A stretch of DNA of 64,000 nt from Gemmatimonadales bacterium (lineage in GTDB: Bacteria > Gemmatimonadota > Gemmatimonadetes > Gemmatimonadales > GWC2-71-9). The notes under the pieces are model-generated. The model was given only the letters and a program-made list of their open reading frames with translations. It was not told where the DNA came from and made no database searches. The stretch covers positions 841,750 to 905,749 of the forward strand of contig JBBCJC010000001.1 of NCBI GenBank assembly GCA_037189525.1, given 5' to 3'. Of this stretch, positions 10,183-19,530 are shown in pieces (within the stretch, counting starts at the first letter, position 1; every line of letters begins with the position of its first letter). A program made the translations under genes and the position numbers.

Positions 10183-11330
10183 GTGTGCCATTCCGGCGCT
10201 TCTGGCACGGCGCTGCCCTGGCAGTTGTCCCACTCGTCCTGACGGTAGCGGGTTGCGGAGATTCGGAGTACCGACTCGACCCCGATACCCGTGGACCGAC
10301 GATAACGCTGATCGACTCGACGGCGCTGCTCATTCCGACGGACTTTGGGGTCGATCCCGAACTAGTCCCATCACGGATCGGACAGGGATATCTCATCACC
10401 GATCGATTCCAGTTCCGGACCTATCGTTTCGACAGCACAGGCAAAGCAATCGGGACATTCCCGGTTCGCCCCTCCCCCGACCCGGGAGTTGAGGCTTCAC
10501 CCGCCATTGTCCTGGCGGGCGATTCACTGATCGCAGTCCACGATTGGCGCGACGAAGTCCTGCGAGTCTTCCATCTGGAATCCGGTGCGCGCCGTTACCA
10601 GGTGCGCGCACCATTTCGAATGGGGCACGCGGGCTGGGCCGCGAACGGGAGCGAGATCCTGATCGGTACCGGGTTTATCGGAACATCGATTGCCCGCTGG
10701 CCGGGAACGCAAGAGGATCCTGTGCTGGTGGGATCAATGCCTCGACGCCTGCTCGAATCACCACGTGTATACTTCCGATACGGAGGTACCGGCATTACGA
10801 CCATCGATTCATCGCTCGTTCTCGCATTGCCGACCGAACCAGGAATCAGAATTCTGATGTTGGACGGTGCTCTGGTTGATGGGATCGTCGTTCCCGCGGT
10901 TCGTCGCAAGGGAACGCCGGCTGGACTGCTCGAGCGTGAGAAACCGATCAAACAGGAACGACGGTTTCATACTACCGGGTCGACCATCGGGGGCCTGCAC
11001 CGCCGCGCTGACGGCGGTCTGCTGATTCACTATCTCGACTGGGATCAAGTCGGCCATGATTCGCTGGCAGTCCGTCCCGTGGGTCCACTTTGGGGCAACT
11101 ATCATTCCTACTTGACGCTGCTCTCCCCAGACAGAACGCAGCTGTGTATCGATGGCCACATCCCGGCACCCAGCGACCATCGCCATAGCATGATGACGCG
11201 TGGTGATACTTTGGAGTTGTTCGCCCGGCGCGACACCATACCGGGCCATGTCCGAGTCACCATTTACCGGTACCTCGTGTCGACCGAGGGATGCGACTGG
11301 GTCGACGCGCCGCGCTGGCAACCTGATTGA
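10179..11330 (+). CDS. Hypothetical beta-propeller-like lipoprotein, paralog 1
   Basis: ATG overlaps the tpm stop (ATGA). Lipobox VAGC. Highly similar to 11404..12555. Confidence 0.8.
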   Translation: MSVPFRRFWHGAALAVVPLVLTVAGCGDSEYRLDPDTRGPTITLIDSTALLIPTDFGVDPELVPSRIGQGYLITDRFQFRTYRFDSTGKAIGTFPVRPSPDPGVEASPAIVLAGDSLIAVHDWRDEVLRVFHLESGARRYQVRAPFRMGHAGWAANGSEILIGTGFIGTSIARWPGTQEDPVLVGSMPRRLLESPRVYFRYGGTGITTIDSSLVLALPTEPGIRILMLDGALVDGIVVPAVRRKGTPAGLLEREKPIKQERRFHTTGSTIGGLHRRADGGLLIHYLDWDQVGHDSLAVRPVGPLWGNYHSYLTLLSPDRTQLCIDGHIPAPSDHRHSMMTRGDTLELFARRDTIPGHVRVTIYRYLVSTEGCDWVDAPRWQPD

Positions 11331-11403
11331 GATCAGCAGGAATGTCTGTTTCTGTTCCGACAAATGTTGACGGCGACCGAGCCGGCCCGTCTCTGACTTC
11401 GAG

Positions 11404-12555
11404 ATGAACATGTTGTCCCGGCACCTCCGTCACAGCACCGTTCTGGCCGTCATCACATTCATTCCGGTTGTGATGGGCTGCGGAGGTTCGGATTACCGAC
11501 TGGACCCGAACACTAACGGTCCGACGATAACGCTGATCGACTCGACGGCGCTGCTCATCCCGATGGATTTCGAGATCGGCCCTGAGCTACTCCCGTCACG
11601 GGTCGGAGAGAAGTATCTCCTCACCGATCGATTCCAGTTCCGGACCCACCGTTTCGACAGTTCAGGCAAGGCAATCGGGACGTTCCTGGTTCGTCCTTCT
11701 CCCAAACCGGCGAATACAGCCTCTCCTGCCATTGCCCTGCCGGGCGATTCACTAGTCGCCGTCCACGACCGGCATGACGAAGTTCTGCGAGTCTTCCACA
11801 TCGAATCCGGTGCGCTCCGTTACCAGGTGCGTGCACCGTTTCAAACAGGAAGGGCAGGATGGACCGCGAACGGAAGCGAGATCCTGATCGGCACAGAGTT
11901 TATCGAGACATCGATTGCCCGCTGGTCAGGAACACGAGAGGATCCTGTACTGGTAGGATCGATGCCTCAGCGCCTGCTCGAAGCACGGCCCGTGTATCGC
12001 AGCTATGGAGGTACCGGTATTGCAGCAACCGATTCGTCCGTCATCCTGGCACTGCCGACCGAACGGGGGATTCGGATTCTGACATTGGACGGCGCCCTGG
12101 TCGAAGGCATCGTCATTCCCGCAATTCGTCGCAAAGGCTCGCCGGCTGGACTACTCGAACAGGAAAGAAAACAGCGGACCGAACGGTTTTTCCATACGAT
12201 GGGATCGACCACCGGGAGCTTGCATCGCCGCACCGACGGAGGACTGCTGATTCACTACCTCGACTGGGATCAAATCGGTCACGATTCGCTGAGAGTCCAT
12301 GCGGTTGGCCAGCTTCTGGGCAACTACCATTCCTACTTGACCCTGCTATCCCCCGACCGAACCCGGCTTTGCATCGATGGCCATATCCCGGCACCCAGCG
12401 ACTATCGCCATAGCATGATGACGCGCGGTGATACCTTGGAGTTGCTCACCCGGCGAGATACGGTGCCGGGCCACACCCGAGTCACCATATACCGGTATCT
12501 CGTCTCCACCGAAGGATGCGACTGGGTCGACGCGCCGCGCTGGCAACCCGACTAG
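11404..12555 (+). CDS. Hypothetical beta-propeller-like lipoprotein, paralog 2 (tandem duplicate)
   Basis: Lipobox VMGC. C-terminus VTIYRYLVSTEGCDWVDAPRWQPD is identical to paralog 1. Confidence 0.8.
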   Translation: MNMLSRHLRHSTVLAVITFIPVVMGCGGSDYRLDPNTNGPTITLIDSTALLIPMDFEIGPELLPSRVGEKYLLTDRFQFRTHRFDSSGKAIGTFLVRPSPKPANTASPAIALPGDSLVAVHDRHDEVLRVFHIESGALRYQVRAPFQTGRAGWTANGSEILIGTEFIETSIARWSGTREDPVLVGSMPQRLLEARPVYRSYGGTGIAATDSSVILALPTERGIRILTLDGALVEGIVIPAIRRKGSPAGLLEQERKQRTERFFHTMGSTTGSLHRRTDGGLLIHYLDWDQIGHDSLRVHAVGQLLGNYHSYLTLLSPDRTRLCIDGHIPAPSDYRHSMMTRGDTLELLTRRDTVPGHTRVTIYRYLVSTEGCDWVDAPRWQPD

Positions 12556-12673
12556 GGCGCCGAATAGCATTGCCCCTTTACGACTGCTTGCCTGACGGGT
12601 AACGTCCGGAAACGCGCACATCCAGCCCTACCCGAGATCGTGCGCAGCGTCCCGATATGCAACCGAGGACCGG

Positions 12674-13777
12674 ATGACCTCTACCATCGCTGCTCGCGCG
12701 CTCACTGTGCTGGGTATGGCCCTCGTCACGGCCTGCTCCGCCGCGGACTCCGGCTCGGGAGATCAATCTCCCCTGGTCCTGATTGATTCGACCAATATTG
12801 CCGAGACGGACTCAACGATGCTCGGGTCCTACGCCTACCTGAGCTCCGGACCCGATGGCAGCATTCTGATTGCCGACCCCGATGCAGGTCGCCTGCTTCA
12901 CTACGCCAAGTCCGGAGCGTTTCTCCGCACCTTCGGCCGCAAGGGCGCGGGCCCGGGAGAAATGCAAAGTGCCATGACGGCGTTCCCTTTGCCGGGCGAC
13001 TCGCTTCTGGCAGCTCTCGATGTCCGTCAGAGCGCCTTTTCGATCTTTGACCTCGCCACCGGCGCCTTCCGGCGACGGGTTCGCGCACCGGTTCAAGCGG
13101 TCGGAACCAACTGGATCCGGCGTGGTGACACCGTGATCGTCGCCGTCAATGTCGCACCGGCGATCTTCGCAAAATGGGACACCAGAAGCGATAACATTGC
13201 CACGTTTGGAAGACCTCCCGCCGCGGCATCGACCCATCCCCATCTGTACATGCTCTACGGCTTCCAGAACGTCGCCCTGCTCGGCGATCGTCTCGTTGCG
13301 CAGCTACCGATGGTTCCGGGGATCGTGTTTCTCGATGCCGACGGGACGATGACCAGCGGATTGACCTATCCGCCCAAGGGAAGCCGAGGTGTTCCGGCCG
13401 ACCTCGTCGCCCGACATGGGCCCGTTCCCGATCCGACGGCGCCGATGCTGGGGTCGTCGGCCATCGGCTTGCACGTGCTGCCATCCGGACACGTCGCTAC
13501 GCTGACGCTGGAATACGACCGTCCCGATAAGCCGGAGACGATCCGCTTCTTCCTGACGCTCGTCGATGTCGATCGGAAGCAGGCTTGTGTCGACATCCCG
13601 CTGCCGGTGGCCACCGATGCCATGCTGCCGCTCCCGATCTTCCAGAACGGCCAGGTTCTCTTCCTCGCCCGGCACCTGGATGCAGGCACCAACCTCCGGT
13701 CCGTCCTCTATCGCTACCGGATCGACCCGAGCGCCTGTTCGTGGACCGCCGCAACCGAAACGGCCGCCCCCAGCTGA
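12674..13777 (+). CDS. 6-bladed beta-propeller lipoprotein
   Basis: GAGG RBS, lipobox VTAC, GAFLRTFGRKGAGPGEM motif. C-terminal C.D..LP...YRY.I...C.W shared with the two upstream lipoproteins. Confidence 0.82.
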   Translation: MTSTIAARALTVLGMALVTACSAADSGSGDQSPLVLIDSTNIAETDSTMLGSYAYLSSGPDGSILIADPDAGRLLHYAKSGAFLRTFGRKGAGPGEMQSAMTAFPLPGDSLLAALDVRQSAFSIFDLATGAFRRRVRAPVQAVGTNWIRRGDTVIVAVNVAPAIFAKWDTRSDNIATFGRPPAAASTHPHLYMLYGFQNVALLGDRLVAQLPMVPGIVFLDADGTMTSGLTYPPKGSRGVPADLVARHGPVPDPTAPMLGSSAIGLHVLPSGHVATLTLEYDRPDKPETIRFFLTLVDVDRKQACVDIPLPVATDAMLPLPIFQNGQVLFLARHLDAGTNLRSVLYRYRIDPSACSWTAATETAAPS

Positions 13778-14005
13778 GGATCCGAACACAGGCCAGCCGT
13801 CGCGTGGCACTGCCGCCCCTTGGAACCCACGGCAAAGACCGTGGGTCACATCGGACTGTCATCACCCCGTAATGTTGATGTCATGCAGGGGCCACCTGCA
13901 TTTCCAAGATTAGAGAGATACCCCTGCGTCCCTTTTCAGGGTTGGGGCATCCTAGGCACACCGCTCCCGTTTGGCGCACCTAACCGACCCGTGGCCCAAG
14001 GCTCC

Positions 14006-15310
14006 ATGGCTCTACGATCTATTACCCTTGCCGTCATACTTGGCATCGCGATCCCGCACCCGGGGCACGCGCAAGATCGACGAATGACCTTACGGGAAGC
14101 CCTGGAGCGCGCCGAGCGGGTCGACCCCCAGGTCGTTCAGGCACTCGGCGCGTATCGCAATACCTCGGCTGCCGTGCGAACCGCCTACGGCCAGTTCCTT
14201 CCGGACCTCCGTGCCACCGCGACCTGGGGCACCAGCTTTTCCGATGGTCCGTCGCGGCTCGATCCGACCACCAACGAAGTGCTGCCCGGGGGCACCACCA
14301 ACTCGAGTCTCAACCTCGGCGCCAGCGCGACCTATGACCTGTTCACCGGGTTCCGCCGCGGCCGGGATCTCACCGCCGCCAAGGCGTCCCGCGCCCAGGC
14401 CGATGCCACCGTCGACTATCAGCGCGCCCAGAACCGGCTCCGCACCACGAGGGCATTCATCGACGCAGCCCAGACGGCACAGCTCGTGGCGGTACGACGC
14501 GAAGCGATTCGGCGCGCCGAGGAACAGTTCCAGATCGCGATTGCCCGGCTGGCGACCCGGGCCGCCAACGTCGCCGACTCCCTGACAGCTACCGTCACCC
14601 TGAACGAAGCCCGCCTGCGACTCGCCTCCGAAGAACGACAGCTTGCCGCGACCGAGGCGAGTCTGGGCCGGCTGATCGGCGAGGACGGCCGGGTGGTCGC
14701 GGTGACCGACTCGACCCTGTTCGGCGTCGCCGATGTGGCCGACACCAATGCCTTGCGCGCCGAGGCAATCAGGCAAGCTCCGCATGTGGTGCGCACCGAG
14801 GCGGCGGAGGACGCGGCCGCCGCCAACCTGAGCGCGGCCAAGTCACTCTATTTTCCGAGTCTCAACCTGACGGCCAACACCTCGTTTGCCGGCAGCCGGT
14901 TCAACGATTATCAGCTCTACAACAGTCGCTCGCTGGGGCTCGGCCTGAGCTACCCGCTGTTCAACCGCTTCCAGCGCGAGCAGCAGATTGCCGGCCGGCG
15001 GAGCGACTACGAATCGGCTGCTGCGCAGGCAGCCGACGCTCGCCGGGAGGTGGGCGCAACCCTCACGACCCAGCTTGCGGCCCTTCGCGCGGCGGAGGTT
15101 CGGGTCACCACGGCGTTTGCCAACCTCGACGCGGCGCGCGCGCTGGTTCGGGTCCAGTTGGAGCGCTACCGGATCGGGTCGCTGACCATCGATGTGCTGA
15201 GTCGGGCGCAGGAGCAACTCGACGCGGCCGAAGCCGAAGCGGTGCGGGCGCGGTTCGAGTATGTACTTGCCAAAGCCGAGATCGAAGCCCTGATCGGGAG
15301 GACGTTGTGA
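14006..15310 (+). CDS. TolC-family outer membrane efflux protein
   Basis: Signal peptide, MTLREALERA, two OEP repeats (YGQFLPDL, YFPSLNL), ERYRIG...ARFEYVLAKAEIEALIG. Confidence 0.9.
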   Translation: MALRSITLAVILGIAIPHPGHAQDRRMTLREALERAERVDPQVVQALGAYRNTSAAVRTAYGQFLPDLRATATWGTSFSDGPSRLDPTTNEVLPGGTTNSSLNLGASATYDLFTGFRRGRDLTAAKASRAQADATVDYQRAQNRLRTTRAFIDAAQTAQLVAVRREAIRRAEEQFQIAIARLATRAANVADSLTATVTLNEARLRLASEERQLAATEASLGRLIGEDGRVVAVTDSTLFGVADVADTNALRAEAIRQAPHVVRTEAAEDAAAANLSAAKSLYFPSLNLTANTSFAGSRFNDYQLYNSRSLGLGLSYPLFNRFQREQQIAGRRSDYESAAAQAADARREVGATLTTQLAALRAAEVRVTTAFANLDAARALVRVQLERYRIGSLTIDVLSRAQEQLDAAEAEAVRARFEYVLAKAEIEALIGRTL

Positions 15311-16449
15311 AGCGAACCCTAACGGGCGCGGCGCTGCTGCGCACCTTGATCGCCGTCGCGCTGCCGCTATTCGTGGCTACCGGCTGCACCAAAGCCGAAC
15401 CGGATGGCGGCAGCAGCGCCGAGGGCGAGGACGGCGCCGAGTCGGGCGGTAGCAACGTCACCCTCCCCGTGGTGGGCCAGGCGGTCCGCAAGGGTGACCT
15501 GGTGCTCTCGATCGTGACGACGGGCCAGGTGCGCTCCGACGGCGTCGCGATGCTCAAGAGCGAGACCACCGGGCCGATCACCGCCGTCAAAGTGCGCCCC
15601 GGCGATCGCGTCACCCAGGGGCAAGTGCTGGTCGAGGTCGACCCGCGCGAACTCGATCTGGCCGTCGAGCAGGCCCAGGCATCCCTCGACGACGCCAAGC
15701 TCAGAGTCCTCGACAATGTCATCGGCGACTCGATCGTCACCGGTCGCGCTGTCACGGGCGAGCGGCTGCGCAGCGCCGAGATCCGCGCCGGCCTGGATAA
15801 GGCCAAGGCGGAACTCGAGCGGGCCAAATTGCAACGCGAGCGGGCCACCATCGTGGCGCCGTTCAGCGGCGTGGTCGATGAGGTCAAGATCGCGGTCGGC
15901 GAACGGCTCAGCCAGGGCCAGGACATCGCCCGCATCGTGGATCTGTCGAATCTTCGGGTCGAGGCCTCGGTGCTGGAGCACGACTTGCCGCTGATTCGCA
16001 TCGGTGGTGACGCAACCGTCACCGCAGCTGCCGTAGCCGATCGTCCGATCAGCGGGCGGATCACGGCGATCCTGCCTATGGTCGACAGCACGACGCGAGC
16101 CGGCCGAGCCGTGGTGCGCATCGGGAACAACAGCGTGCTCCGCCCCGGCATGTACGCCGACATCCGCCTCGAAGCCACTCGGCTGCCCGGTCGCGTCGTC
16201 GTACCGGCCTCGGCCGTGATCGAACGCGACGGACGCCCGCTCGTCTTCGTGGCGCGCGACGGGCGGGCGCAGTGGGTCTACATCTTCCCCGGTCGGAGCA
16301 ACGGCCTGGAAACCGAAGTCCTTCCCGACAGCGCGACCGGTCAGATCCCGGTGGCCGCGGGAGACACCGTGCTGATCGAAGGCCACCTGACGCTGACGCA
16401 CGACGCGCCGGTGCGCATGGTCGCTCGCCAGGAACGCGGCACGCCGTAA
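15307..16449 (+). CDS. RND efflux periplasmic adaptor (MFP)
   Basis: GTG start overlapping the tolC stop. Lipobox ATGC, lipoyl motifs (VRPGDRVTQGQVL, IVAPFSGVV), LRPGMYA. Confidence 0.92.
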   Translation: MKRTLTGAALLRTLIAVALPLFVATGCTKAEPDGGSSAEGEDGAESGGSNVTLPVVGQAVRKGDLVLSIVTTGQVRSDGVAMLKSETTGPITAVKVRPGDRVTQGQVLVEVDPRELDLAVEQAQASLDDAKLRVLDNVIGDSIVTGRAVTGERLRSAEIRAGLDKAKAELERAKLQRERATIVAPFSGVVDEVKIAVGERLSQGQDIARIVDLSNLRVEASVLEHDLPLIRIGGDATVTAAAVADRPISGRITAILPMVDSTTRAGRAVVRIGNNSVLRPGMYADIRLEATRLPGRVVVPASAVIERDGRPLVFVARDGRAQWVYIFPGRSNGLETEVLPDSATGQIPVAAGDTVLIEGHLTLTHDAPVRMVARQERGTP

Positions 16450-16464
16450 AGGGGCCAGCTCCGT

Positions 16465-19400
16465 ATGTCGATTGCCGCCACGGCCCTCAAACGGCCTGTC
16501 ACGACCATTGCCGCCGTGCTGGCGCTGGTACTGCTCGGCGCGGTATCGCTGGGCAAGCTGCCGGTCTCGCTACTGCCGGACGTCCAATTGCCGGTCCTCA
16601 CCATCCGGACCGCCTACCCGGGCGCGGCCCCCGAAGAAGTCTCGCGATTCATTGCCGAGCAGATCGAAGAAGCGGTCGCGGCAACTCCGGGACTGGTCGA
16701 ACTCAAATCGGTGAGCCGTACCGGCGAAGCGACGACCACGCTGCGTTTCATGTGGGGCACCGATATGGCCACCACGGTGCTGCAGGTGCGCGAACGGCTC
16801 GACAACGCCCGCGCCCGCCTGCCCGAGCGCGCCGAGCGCCCGACCCTGCTGACCAGCGACCCCGGCGAGCGTCCGATAGCCGTGCTGGGCCTGACCGGCA
16901 GCGGTGACCTGCGCAGCATTGCCCGCACCGCGCGCGACGTCCATGCCCGCCGCCTGGAGCAGTTGGCTGGAATCGCCAGTGTGGCCGTCGTGGGCGAACC
17001 CGAGGACGAAATCCGGGTCGAGATCGACCCCGAACGCACCAGGGCGTTAGGCATCACGCCCGACGACGTCGCCGCGGCGGTCCGCGCAGCAAACCCGCAG
17101 GCGCCGGGCGGCACCATTCGACGGGGACAGTTCCGCTATTCGCTGCGCGCGCTGACGGAGTTCCAGACGGTCGACGAGATCAGCAGCACGCCGGTCGGCC
17201 CGGCACGCAGCGGCATCACCCTGCGCGACGTCGGCAAGGTCTCACTCGGCATTGCCGATCCGACCACGATCACGACCCTCGACTCCAAGGCGGCGGTCGG
17301 CCTCGTCGTCTATAAGGACGCGGGCGCCAACACCGTGGCCGTGACCCGCGACATCTACGACGCCATCGACCTCCTCCGGGAGGAGTTCCCCGATCTCCAG
17401 ATCAAGGTGGTCGCTGCGCAGGCGGAGTTCGTCAACGACGCCCTCTCGAACCTGATCCAGGAAATCGTCTTCGGTGGCGCGCTGTCACTGCTGGTCATCC
17501 TGCTCTTCCTGCGCGACTGGCGCAGCTCGCTGACGATCGGGCTGATGGTGCCGCTGTCGGTCATGGTGGCGCTGACGCTGCTCCAGCTGATGGGTGTCAC
17601 GATCAACATCCTGTCACTGGGCGGATTGGCCCTGGGCGTCGGGTTGCTGGTCGACAACGCAATCGTGGTGGCCGAGGTGACCAATCGGCACATGGAGAAC
17701 GGTTTGGGAAGGGTGGAGGCGGCGCGAATCGGCACCGAAGAGGTGACCGGTCCGCTGATTGCCGGCACCCTCACCACCCTGCTCGTTTTTGGTCCGATCG
17801 TCTTCGTCGAAGGGCTGGCCGCGGCGCTCTTCCGTGACCTGTCGCTCAGCGTCGTGATGTCGGTCGGGGCGTCGCTGGTCCTGGCGCTGACGCTGATGCC
17901 GGTCCTGATGACCCGCGGTAAGGCCCCCGTCAAGAAAACGACACGCACCTCGACCGGTTTCCTCGGCGCGGCGGACCGGCTCGGCCATCGCCTCGAGCAC
18001 TGGTACGAAGCGGGAATGCGCTGGTCGCTGGACCATCCCATCCCCGTCATTGCCATCTCGATTGCCGTCACGCTGTTCACGGTGGCCATCGCGAGCCGCC
18101 TGCCGCGCGAAATCCTCCCGCGCGTCGACGAAGGAATTGCGGTGGCATATCTCCGCCTTCCGGAAGGGACGGCTATCGAGGAGACCGCGCGCCAGTCGCG
18201 CCGGATCGAAGAAGCTGCCATCGGGCTTGGATCGTCGGGGATCTACAGCCGGATCGGCGTGGCCACGGACGAGGAGGTCCTGGCGGGCGCAGACCCTGGT
18301 ACCTCCGCATCGGCGCAGTTGCTGCTGCCGGTCCCGAGCGGCATGGAAGCGGCGGCGTTTGCCGAGCGACTCCGCAAGTCGGTTCCGGACCTGGCGCGCG
18401 GCGGGCTGGCCATCGATCTGGCCGGGCAATCCGAATTCGGCAGCCTGATCGGACGCGAAGGGCGGCTGGTACGTGTGGAGGTGGCAGGTCCGCGGCTCGA
18501 CGAGTCGGCCCGCTGGGCCGATGTGATCCGGGAAAAACTCAGCGATGTCACCAGCCTGGCCGACGTTCGCGACGCCTACGCGGGTACGCAGCCGACAGTC
18601 GAAGTGACGCTCGACCGGGCGCAGATGGCACGGCTCGGCGTCACGGCCGATCAGGTCGCCAACACACTGGCGGGCGGGCTGGGTGGGGTTGCCTCGGGCG
18701 ATTTCCGCGAAACCGATCGCCGCACCCCGATCCGGGTCCGATTCACCGGGTCCTATAACGAAGATCTCCAGACCGCGTTGGCCGTGCCGATTCGCGGCGT
18801 TCCGGTCGGGCAACTGGTCTCGGTGGCGGACATTCGCGCGCCGATCGAAGTCGTGCGTATCAACCAGCGCCCGGTCAGCGTGGTCGAAGCGGTTGCGGAG
18901 GAGGGAGGACTGACCCGCGCAACCCGCGATGTGCAACGCGTGCTAGCCGACGTGGACCTGCCCCCTGGCGTGGACGTGACCCTGGGCGGCGCCGAGGCGG
19001 AGCAGCAGCGGACTACCAGCCAGCTGATGCTGGTGGCAGTGCTGTCGGTTGCGCTGGTGTTTCTCGTGCTTGCCGGAGAGTTCGCATCGTTCTCGACGCC
19101 GCTCGTCGTTCTGCTCACCGTGCCTTTGGCCGGGGCCGGCGGTATCCTCTTCCTCTGGCTGACCGGCCAGAGCATCAACGCCGTCGCGCTGATCGGCATC
19201 GTGGTAATGATCGGCATGGCTGACAACGAGGCCGTGGTCAAACTCGATGCGATCGGCCGATTCCGTGAACTGGGCCATTCGATCGACGATGCCATCGTGC
19301 TTGGCGGGCAACAACGGCTGCGCGCCATCGCGATGACCTCGATTACGACCATTACCGGCGTGCTTCCGCTGGTCTTCGGATGGGGTACCGGCGGAGAGCT

Positions 19401-19530
19401 CTATCAGCCGCTGGCCGCGAGCGTCATCGGCGGCTCGATCACGGCGCTCCTGGTCACCTTCTTCCTGATGCCCACCGTGTACGCCATGGTCGAGCGCCGG
19501 AAGCTGGCGCGAGCCGAGCGCGCCGCATGA
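16465..19530 (+). CDS. RND efflux permease subunit A
   Basis: AcrB-like layout: LKRPVTT, YPGAAPEEV, GLLVDNAIVV, RLRAIAMTSITT. Confidence 0.92.
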   Translation: MSIAATALKRPVTTIAAVLALVLLGAVSLGKLPVSLLPDVQLPVLTIRTAYPGAAPEEVSRFIAEQIEEAVAATPGLVELKSVSRTGEATTTLRFMWGTDMATTVLQVRERLDNARARLPERAERPTLLTSDPGERPIAVLGLTGSGDLRSIARTARDVHARRLEQLAGIASVAVVGEPEDEIRVEIDPERTRALGITPDDVAAAVRAANPQAPGGTIRRGQFRYSLRALTEFQTVDEISSTPVGPARSGITLRDVGKVSLGIADPTTITTLDSKAAVGLVVYKDAGANTVAVTRDIYDAIDLLREEFPDLQIKVVAAQAEFVNDALSNLIQEIVFGGALSLLVILLFLRDWRSSLTIGLMVPLSVMVALTLLQLMGVTINILSLGGLALGVGLLVDNAIVVAEVTNRHMENGLGRVEAARIGTEEVTGPLIAGTLTTLLVFGPIVFVEGLAAALFRDLSLSVVMSVGASLVLALTLMPVLMTRGKAPVKKTTRTSTGFLGAADRLGHRLEHWYEAGMRWSLDHPIPVIAISIAVTLFTVAIASRLPREILPRVDEGIAVAYLRLPEGTAIEETARQSRRIEEAAIGLGSSGIYSRIGVATDEEVLAGADPGTSASAQLLLPVPSGMEAAAFAERLRKSVPDLARGGLAIDLAGQSEFGSLIGREGRLVRVEVAGPRLDESARWADVIREKLSDVTSLADVRDAYAGTQPTVEVTLDRAQMARLGVTADQVANTLAGGLGGVASGDFRETDRRTPIRVRFTGSYNEDLQTALAVPIRGVPVGQLVSVADIRAPIEVVRINQRPVSVVEAVAEEGGLTRATRDVQRVLADVDLPPGVDVTLGGAEAEQQRTTSQLMLVAVLSVALVFLVLAGEFASFSTPLVVLLTVPLAGAGGILFLWLTGQSINAVALIGIVVMIGMADNEAVVKLDAIGRFRELGHSIDDAIVLGGQQRLRAIAMTSITTITGVLPLVFGWGTGGELYQPLAASVIGGSITALLVTFFLMPTVYAMVERRKLARAERAA

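Noticed and set aside
13872..13913. 13-codon ORF (MLMSCRGHLHFQD) upstream of tolC as a possible exported peptide
   Set aside because: No RBS, too short, no precursor features
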